A stretch of DNA of 54,909 bases from Minisyncoccota bacterium (GTDB lineage: Bacteria; Patescibacteriota; Minisyncoccia; Phycocordibacterales; Phycocordibacteraceae). Positions 48,861-54,909 of the stretch are shown in pieces (the first letter of the stretch is position 1; every line of letters begins with the position of its first letter). A program made the translations under genes and the position numbers. The notes beneath the pieces were generated by a model, which made no database searches, had not been told where the DNA came from, and worked only from the letters and a program-made list of their open reading frames with translations. The DNA lies in the NCBI GenBank assembly GCA_022841985.1, contig JALHQL010000001.1, forward strand, positions 71,529 through 126,437. Reading direction: 5' to 3'.

Positions 48861-49607
48861 ATGCAAAAAAACAATCAGGGGTATGAAGCTGTAGTGCAAC
48901 TTCTAAGAGATCATCCCGAATGGTTTCCTGTGGTGGCAGCTGCCCTAGAAGAAGCGCAGACCATTAAGAGCAACCGCTTTGCGGGTGCGTGGATTCTTGA
49001 GCGCGCGAAGAAGCATGGGGTCCAGTGGATTCCCAATTTTCGTAAGCTTGTTTCCTATGGAATTTTACAGAAGGACGGTGAGTCATCTCGCGGTGGCCGT
49101 CGCGCATATTATTCGATGCCTGATGTTGCAGGTGTGGAGAAAGCACTAAAGGAATTCGATTCCCCACAAGTTGCAGCACCGTACACCGCTCATGAAGTTA
49201 CGGATTCTGGCATTGCTAAAAGAAAAAATATCCTGGTACCATTTTATGCGAATCTCGCATCATGTGGTGGTCCGAATATTAGTGAGGGATATGTCGATGA
49301 TTATGTTGAAGTAAGTACGGAGTCTGCAAAACCCGGCTACCAGTATTATCTTGTTCGTGCGGACGGGGACTCAATGAATCAAGCGGGAATAAATAGTGGG
49401 GATCTCATTTTGGTGCGTGTTCAGGATTACGCCAACCTAGGCGATAGAGTTATTGCATGTACAGACGATGGTGTCACCATCAAGGAATTTCACCGACAAG
49501 GTAATTCTATCCTTTTGATGCCGCGTTCAGACAATTCCGCGCACAAACCTTTATTACTAGATAGCGTTCAAATACAAGGAGTCGTCGTTGCGACGGTGCC
49601 GAAATAA
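48861..49607 (+). CDS. LexA/UmuD-like S24 autopeptidase with N-terminal putative winged-helix domain
   Basis: ASCG cleavage site, ADGDSM (Ser), VTIKEF (Lys), IQGVV. Confidence 0.85.
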   Translation: MQKNNQGYEAVVQLLRDHPEWFPVVAAALEEAQTIKSNRFAGAWILERAKKHGVQWIPNFRKLVSYGILQKDGESSRGGRRAYYSMPDVAGVEKALKEFDSPQVAAPYTAHEVTDSGIAKRKNILVPFYANLASCGGPNISEGYVDDYVEVSTESAKPGYQYYLVRADGDSMNQAGINSGDLILVRVQDYANLGDRVIACTDDGVTIKEFHRQGNSILLMPRSDNSAHKPLLLDSVQIQGVVVATVPK

Positions 49608-49611
49608 ATAT

Positions 49612-49845
49612 ATGACAAAGAAAAATTTTCACAGTGTTCCTAAGGATAATAGATGGGCGGTCAAAAAAGAAGGAATAGTAAAACCTCTTTCTATGCATCG
49701 CACCCAAGCAACTGCAGAAGAAAAAACACGACTACTTGCGAAAAAGGCAGAAGTTGAAGCTGTGTACCACAACAAAAAGGGAGAAATCAAAGATAAGGAT
49801 AGTTTCGGTCACGATCCGAACCCACCCAAAGATCGGGTGCATTAA
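49612..49845 (+). CDS. DUF2188 family protein
   Basis: HSVP..RWAVKKEG...HRTQ..A....H...GEI..KDSFGHDPNPPKD. Confidence 0.85.
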   Translation: MTKKNFHSVPKDNRWAVKKEGIVKPLSMHRTQATAEEKTRLLAKKAEVEAVYHNKKGEIKDKDSFGHDPNPPKDRVH

Positions 49846-49864
49846 TAATTAAACAATAAATTTT

Positions 49865-50317
49865 ATGAAACCAACCGTTTTTGTGAGTTTTGATTACGAC
49901 AACGATAAACACTATAAGTATCTGCTTGAAGCTTGGAACAATAATCCAAAATTTAAGTTTGTGTTCGATGATGGAACACCACAGGAGATAGATAGCAACA
50001 ATGTCGGTCGCATAAAAGCTGCACTTACGTCAAAGATAAAAGATGCGACACACACATTGGTTATTGTCGGCAAGAACGCCAATGATATGCATCGCAAGAG
50101 TTCATTAATCGGCTATCGTAACTGGATAAATTTTGAGGTGGCAAAGAGTGTTGAGTTAGGAAAACGTATTGCCGCTGTAAAGCTTGATCGTTCCTATACA
50201 TCTCCAGATGAACTTTCGGGCGCGAGTGCTTCATGGGCCTATTCATTTACTGAGGCGAATATAATAAAAGCACTGGAAGACGCACCGTACCCAGGACTCA
50301 TACGCCGCTATGTCTGA
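49865..50317 (+). CDS. ThsB-like TIR domain protein (DUF1863/MTH538-type)
   Basis: VFVSFDYDND, TLVIVGK, NWINFEV with catalytic-position Glu. Confidence 0.85.
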   Translation: MKPTVFVSFDYDNDKHYKYLLEAWNNNPKFKFVFDDGTPQEIDSNNVGRIKAALTSKIKDATHTLVIVGKNANDMHRKSSLIGYRNWINFEVAKSVELGKRIAAVKLDRSYTSPDELSGASASWAYSFTEANIIKALEDAPYPGLIRRYV

Positions 50318-50912
50318 TAAACCACTTTCAATTATCTACGATCACTACAAGGAGACTTGCACCATTATCAGCGAGGCAGTAAAGCGTCGCGATCGCTTGA
50401 TGGTTTTTGTGATAATAGCCCTTAGTTTTTTCGCTTTTCAGACAATTTTTCCTACCACTTCGGACACGGTAGTCAATGATTTCCTTAGTTTCAAATTTGG
50501 ACTAACTCTCAAGTTTGATCTTTCCATAATTGGTAATGTCGTGTGGTTTTTATTACTCATATTCACGCTCCGGTATTTTCAGGTCGCAGTCTTTGTTGAG
50601 AGACAGTATTCGTACTTACACGCGACCGAAGAAAAACTTAACAAGGAATTTGGGCAAGAACTGATCACGCGCGAAGGCAAGTCTTACTTACATAAATATC
50701 CCTTGTTCTCGGACTGGATGTGGATGCTTTACACGATTATATTTCCACTCATTTTGCTTGTTGTTAGTGTAGTAAAGATAGTGAGCGAGTTGAAGTATTT
50801 GTGTGTGAACGGATGGTCTTTTGGTCTACTTTTAGACGGCACGGCGTTCATCCTCCTGGCAATATCGATCGTTCTTTATTTAACAACACTTCACAGAAAA
50901 TCTAAAGACTAA
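50310..50912 (+). CDS. Four-TM membrane protein, putative defence effector
   Basis: Four hydrophobic helices; overlaps TIR1 stop by 8 nt and ends 6 nt before TIR2. Confidence 0.75.
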   Translation: MSDKPLSIIYDHYKETCTIISEAVKRRDRLMVFVIIALSFFAFQTIFPTTSDTVVNDFLSFKFGLTLKFDLSIIGNVVWFLLLIFTLRYFQVAVFVERQYSYLHATEEKLNKEFGQELITREGKSYLHKYPLFSDWMWMLYTIIFPLILLVVSVVKIVSELKYLCVNGWSFGLLLDGTAFILLAISIVLYLTTLHRKSKD

Positions 50913-50918
50913 AATACT

Positions 50919-51467
50919 ATGGCTTACAGAAACGGAACATATGTAGCATTCCATGCAAACAATACTTCTGATCCTTCAGAATCTGACATGAAGTATTACA
51001 ACACCCTCAGAATGTGGAAGGTGCGCGATGAAAGCGATTTTAAATTTATTAACAGTCACGAAAAACGTGATGTTCGTGATTCAAGCACAAAAGAAACCCT
51101 TCGGCGTGCCTTGAGGGAGAGGATGAATAATTCCAAACATCTTTTATTAATTATCGGCGATACTACGCGTTTCGATACGGACTGGATACCATTTGAGATC
51201 ATTCACGCGGTGGATAACTGTGATATTCCAATAATTGCTGCATACCCTGATTACGACAGGATCATGGATCCAAGTGCCTTATCTACTTTATGGCCAAAAG
51301 CATTAGCGGATCGCATAAATAACAAGACCGCACGAGTTATCCATGTTCCATTTAAGAAAGAACCAATTGCAGATGCTATCTCTCAATTTGATTTTGAGAG
51401 TCCTCCGAAGGGAAGCCTCTCTTACTATTCCAAGGAGGCATATATTAGTTGGGGGCATGTTTTTTGA
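50919..51467 (+). CDS. Second ThsB-like TIR domain protein (DUF1863-type)
   Basis: MAYRNGTYVAF, FINSHE, VRDSS, LRERMNNSKHLLLIIG, DWIPFEI with catalytic-position Glu. Confidence 0.85.
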   Translation: MAYRNGTYVAFHANNTSDPSESDMKYYNTLRMWKVRDESDFKFINSHEKRDVRDSSTKETLRRALRERMNNSKHLLLIIGDTTRFDTDWIPFEIIHAVDNCDIPIIAAYPDYDRIMDPSALSTLWPKALADRINNKTARVIHVPFKKEPIADAISQFDFESPPKGSLSYYSKEAYISWGHVF

Positions 51468-51560
51468 TCGCCATTAATTCTCTGTTGGTAACTCCGCTTC
51501 GCAAGCCTTCAAAGCTAAGTTAAGGTGTCAAACGATAGCGCTTTTTGCTATCATGTTCAT

Positions 51561-51740
51561 GTACAACTGAATATCTGGCCGGAAGGCCAGCGACCTAACC
51601 CCTCACGTTTTGCGTGAGGATATGGTCGGGAAAGCCCTTCGCAGACACTGAACCCCACGTTCAGCGACTCTGCGAAGGGTCATATCGGGAAACTGGTATG
51701 TGGCCGCAAGGCCTAGCTAGCGTGGGGTTTAGTGTTATAT
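51561..51740 (+). ncRNA. Candidate structured ncRNA or cis-regulatory leader
   Basis: Extended -10 TGcTATCAT just upstream; several stems with GGAA/GAAA/GCAA tetraloops; 15-bp long-range pairing. Confidence 0.55.
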
Positions 51741-51786
51741 GGACTCCTCGCTTGTTAGGCAAATTTATTAACTAGCCTAAACAAGT

Positions 51787-52248
51787 ATGGAACAGCAAAT
51801 AGAGAAGTCGAAGAAAAAGCTTTATCAGCGTTGGTGGATGTGGGTCATTTATGCCATCGCATTCACTATTGTGATTGCCAACTTTAGCGGGTCGAGCAGT
51901 AGCTCCGCTCCTGCGTCAGCTCCACCACAAGAAGCGATCAAAGTGACCGCTCTTAAGATAGTCAATGACTACAAGGAAAACGGTGTCGCGGCAGATGCTA
52001 CCTACAAAGGCAAAATTATTGAAGTCACAGGTACCGTAAAGACAATAGACAAGGATATTCTCGATACGCCATATATCGCACTCGAGAGTTACGAGTATGC
52101 CATCGTCGATCACGTGCAGTGCATGTTCCCGAGGTCGAGCGCGGCGGAGTTAGCGACCGTGACAAAGGGGCAGAAGATAACACTCCGTGGAAAGGTGCTC
52201 ACCAATATGGGCAACATCCTTGTCGAGGATTGCTTAATCGTGAGATAG
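51787..52248 (+). CDS. Membrane-anchored OB-fold protein (tRNA_anti-like family)
   Basis: KKKLYQRWWMW TM anchor, Ser/Pro linker, DYKENGVAADATYKGKIIEVTG, KGQKITLRGK. Confidence 0.78.
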   Translation: MEQQIEKSKKKLYQRWWMWVIYAIAFTIVIANFSGSSSSSAPASAPPQEAIKVTALKIVNDYKENGVAADATYKGKIIEVTGTVKTIDKDILDTPYIALESYEYAIVDHVQCMFPRSSAAELATVTKGQKITLRGKVLTNMGNILVEDCLIVR

Positions 52249-52689
52249 TCACTTCTTTGTTTCTTTTCGAATAATGCCGTAATTCTTGAGTGCGTTCATA
52301 ATCGGTTCCACGATGTGTGGTGGTAATTTATTTCTATCAACGTGAGCCTTCAGTCGCTCATAGTCTCTACGTTCAATTTCCGTTAGTGGCTCGACGAATC
52401 TACTTCTCTTCGGCATATATCGTGGATCGTTGTGTGTCAGGAAAAATTGGATTGCTCGTAACTTTTCATTCTTTACACCTTTCATAAGTGCCGCCTCGGC
52501 AACCTCGATCCAACGCTCTCGACCATCTTTGAGTGCGCGATTAACACCCCGTCGGTAGTCGACGTTACTCTCCATCCAGCGGTAGTGCGTTGCCCGAGCT
52601 ATTCCTACACTTTTGCAGGCATGTTCTATGTTCGGATTGTCTGCAAGTAACCGGATGATTTTATTCCTTTCATCACTGGTTCGTGCCAT
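52249..52689 (-). CDS. HTH protein resembling phage small terminase N-terminal domain
   Basis: IEHACKSVGIARATHYRW HTH, AEAALMK...AIQFFL; coupled to ParB-MTase. Confidence 0.65.
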   Translation of the reverse strand: MARTSDERNKIIRLLADNPNIEHACKSVGIARATHYRWMESNVDYRRGVNRALKDGRERWIEVAEAALMKGVKNEKLRAIQFFLTHNDPRYMPKRSRFVEPLTEIERRDYERLKAHVDRNKLPPHIVEPIMNALKNYGIIRKETKK

Positions 52690-54007
52690 GGATCTTTACC
52701 CGCTTTTTTCCTGAGAACTTCTCCCAGCGGTTCAGAATCACCTCAGCGTAGATCGGTGACTTTTCCATAAGGAAGCAACGCCTTCCCAGTGCATTGGCAG
52801 CGATAAGCGTCGACCCGCTTCCACCAAATGGTTCAAGTACTAACTGACCCCTCCGCGTGAGCACTTTGATGTACGGAATGAGAATCGGGAGAGGCTTCAC
52901 GCCAAAGATAATACCTTGGCCGCTCGACTTCTCATCCGCTGCATTGTGATCGATGAAGTCAGTCGGGCAGTACGCTTTATCCTTCCCATAGGACTCCCAG
53001 TGGGGCTTCCCAGCTATGGCGAAGAGTGCAGTCTGGTATTCGTTCTCCAGCAGTTCGTCCTCAGGAGAGAGATCGAGTCCAGGATGCTCGGCACTGGTAC
53101 CGACCATTGCGATATCGTGTTTCGAGAAGAACTTGTGCTTCCCGGCATATCCTTGGTTCCGGTTCGGAAGATGCCACACGATCATGTTCCGCACCTTCCA
53201 GTGTTTTTCCATCTCGCTCCAGATCTCACGGATGTTCTTCCAGTTTTCGTAGCAGATAATCGAAAAATCTTTTGCAGCAACCTTTGCTACGTTGCCCATC
53301 CAGAGTTCGGTGAAATTCTCGGGGAGGGATTCGGTTTCGAGATAACGACGATTCTTCTTGGAGCCAAATCCTGTTGTCGACTCACCGTTACGTGTCTTGC
53401 CCTTAAGATAGTCGAGACGATACGGTGGATCGGTCATCACCATATCGATTCTGTGGTCCCCAACGAGGGCAAGCATATCTGCCTCAATCGTTGAGTCACC
53501 AATGTAGAGACGGGAACCGTCGAGATCATACAAGTCGCCTTTTTGAGCGGTGATCTCTTTGATATCAAGTTTGTCGAGCTCTTTTTCTAGATCGAATTGC
53601 TCTTCACTTTTCTCTGTCGCGAAAATGTCGTCGAGTTCCTCCGAATCGAAGCCGATATCCTTGAGGAAGGATTCGTCAAACTGTGCCAAGAGGTCGAGGT
53701 CAAACTGACCTTGGTTTTTATTGAGTCGGATGTTTAGCTCCTTTTCTCTCTCAAGTGGAAGATGGACACGAACAATGGGTACCCGTTCGACCTCCATTTC
53801 CTTAAGCATGGTGAGACGGAAATTGCCGCCAACTACGATGTTCATGCGCTCCTCGGTTGAGTTCACGATGAGTGGGTCAAGGACGCCAAACTTCGAGAGG
53901 CTCGTTTTGAGATCTCTCTTGTCCGACTCACTCCACACTCGCGGGTTATATTCGCACTCTTTTAATTCGTTGATCGAGATGTATTCGATCGTTAGGTCTT
54001 TGTTCAT
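52673..54007 (-). CDS. ParB-like N-terminal domain fused to N6/N4 DNA methyltransferase
   Basis: YNPR, VVGGNFRL, LNKNQG; TDPPY and EPFGGSGSTL motifs. Confidence 0.9.
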   Translation of the reverse strand: MNKDLTIEYISINELKECEYNPRVWSESDKRDLKTSLSKFGVLDPLIVNSTEERMNIVVGGNFRLTMLKEMEVERVPIVRVHLPLEREKELNIRLNKNQGQFDLDLLAQFDESFLKDIGFDSEELDDIFATEKSEEQFDLEKELDKLDIKEITAQKGDLYDLDGSRLYIGDSTIEADMLALVGDHRIDMVMTDPPYRLDYLKGKTRNGESTTGFGSKKNRRYLETESLPENFTELWMGNVAKVAAKDFSIICYENWKNIREIWSEMEKHWKVRNMIVWHLPNRNQGYAGKHKFFSKHDIAMVGTSAEHPGLDLSPEDELLENEYQTALFAIAGKPHWESYGKDKAYCPTDFIDHNAADEKSSGQGIIFGVKPLPILIPYIKVLTRRGQLVLEPFGGSGSTLIAANALGRRCFLMEKSPIYAEVILNRWEKFSGKKRVKIHGTNQ

Positions 54008-54030
54008 TGTTGTTTGTGATTAGTGAATAG

Positions 54031-54089
54031 AAAAAACGCCCGGACATAGGCTCGTACTTGGTACAAGTCCATGTCTGGGCGTTCCAGAC
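54031..54089 (-). terminator. Terminator with overlapping alternative hairpin upstream of the MTase
   Basis: Minus strand AACGCCCAGACAT...ATGTCCGGGCGTTTTTT; competing stem GTCTGG-aacgc-CCAGAC. Confidence 0.55.
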
Positions 54090-54110
54090 GAAGCTCGATT
54101 TAGTTGTGAG

Positions 54111-54344
54111 TTACCGTGCCAGGGTGGATGTGGCTGTTGGTTTAAGGGTTATGAAGTAGTTAGGGGTAAGGTGTGGGCAGTTTGAGCAACCGAACGATAT
54201 AGCACCGCTCATGTTGCTTATGTCCACAGGAACCTCCACCATACTTCGACCCTGATTCTTTCTTATACGGATAATGCCGCCTCGCTTTGTGTAGAGCGGG
54301 GTGCCACATCCGCGACAGACTTCTAACTCTCTGGTATCGACCAT
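54111..54344 (-). CDS. Small zinc-ribbon protein (CxxC...CxxC)
   Basis: VCRGCGTPLY...FGCSNC. Confidence 0.55.
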   Translation of the reverse strand: MVDTRELEVCRGCGTPLYTKRGGIIRIRKNQGRSMVEVPVDISNMSGAISFGCSNCPHLTPNYFITLKPTATSTLAR

Positions 54345-54717
54345 GCTTCATTATCAGCATTCTGAGAGAAAATGGTCAATATGTGGCTGTGTATAGCCGC
54401 GCTTTGTCTAGTTAGAGTCTAGTTTTGTCTAGCCAGCGTAAGTTTATGTAAGAGCAGAACGGGCCACTGTTTTTTAAGGAAATAGTTATTCGAGCATCTG
54501 TGTCTCATTTGTCTCATTTTGAAAACAAGAGGCCCCGACTGAGATGCCCCACTTTGTTATACTAAAAGTGCTCAAAGAACCCTTACAACATCTCAACGTT
54601 TGGGGTTCCAGACTGAGTCAGTCAGCCAAGAAGTAGAATCGTCGCCTCGCAATTCCGCGTCGCGGCTTTGCGGGGCAGAGCGGATTGCGGTTGTGCGCCG
54701 GTGGGGCGCACCTTGTC

Positions 54718-54793
54718 TAGCAAAATACCAAGGTTCGGCTCGTCCTATCCACGCCCCTTGGGGGCGTGGATAGGACGAGCCGGTGTTTTGCTA
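54718..54793. repeat. Long GC-rich inverted repeat
   Basis: Perfect 22-bp stem 54736-54757/54761-54782, flanked by TAGCAAAATACC/GGTGTTTTGCTA. Confidence 0.85.
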
Positions 54794-54907
54794 CACCAAC
54801 TTAAAAATCAGGTTGAGTTCCGTCATTGCTATTAATTTGTATCCTTTTGTTTCGAGAAAGCTCTGAACAGGGCTCCCTACCTGAGATTCGATTGCTATTA
54901 CGGTTGG
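54791..54907 (-). CDS. C-terminal end of probable FkbM-family methyltransferase (partial)
   Basis: PTVIAIE...FLETKGYKLIAMTELNLIFKLV-stop resembles FkbM C-termini. Confidence 0.5.
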   Translation of the reverse strand, partial: PTVIAIESQVGSPVQSFLETKGYKLIAMTELNLIFKLV

Positions 54908-54909
54908 TT

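Larger units (their letters stand above)
47457..54400. mobile_element. Serine-recombinase genomic island or prophage remnant carrying defence cargo (ends approximate)
   Basis: Large serine recombinase, S24 repressor, TIR operon, TerS-like HTH, ParB-MTase; att sites not identified. Confidence 0.65.

Noticed and set aside
49865-51467. Calling the locus canonical Thoeris type I/II or CBASS
   Set aside because: No SIR2, SLOG, Macro or CD-NTase domain is visible in or near the operon.
44341-54909. tRNA-Gln 3' end as the island attachment site
   Set aside because: No downstream duplicate of the tRNA 3' end was found by eye, and the integrase is a serine recombinase 3 kb away.
1-54909. CRISPR array, rRNA or IS transposase
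   Set aside because: No regularly spaced repeats, rRNA-like segments or transposase motifs were seen.

Overview
This is a chromosomal segment of a reduced-genome bacterium, most likely Patescibacteria/CPR (Parcubacteria-like). That assignment is inferred from gene style: short RpoB, short SMC, NusB-Nudix fusion, VirB2/TrbC-type pilin, no rimM between khpA and trmD, and housekeeping starts that mostly lack a Shine-Dalgarno site. Bases 1-43.5 kb are mainly housekeeping: topA end, relA/spoT, parB, ahpC, miaA, prmC, hisS, UvrD-nuclease, rpoD-dnaG-rpoC-rpoB, trmD-khpA-rpsP, rnr, smc-rnc-nusB-rpmF, NRAMP, pirin, ABC-F, a pseudouridine synthase, and tRNA-Leu and tRNA-Trp. After tRNA-Gln (44.3 kb) come a Fur-family/CooC-like/YibE-F metal module and a ~7 kb serine-recombinase island. 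The best candidate for an undescribed system is the island's plus-strand operon: S24 repressor - DUF2188 - TIR - 4TM protein - TIR. It looks like Thoeris-type antiphage signalling, but its effector is a bare membrane protein without a SIR2, SLOG, Macro or caspase domain. It is followed by a highly structured ~180-nt candidate ncRNA. Other notable signals are in-frame palindromic insertions in prmC and trmD, a hairpin-interrupted duplicate of the tRNA-Gln 5' end, a 36-aa type-I-toxin-like ORF missing from the ORF track, a pilin-M15 peptidase fusion, and a window-wide leaderless-promoter signature. All family calls come from motif recognition by eye; no searches were run.
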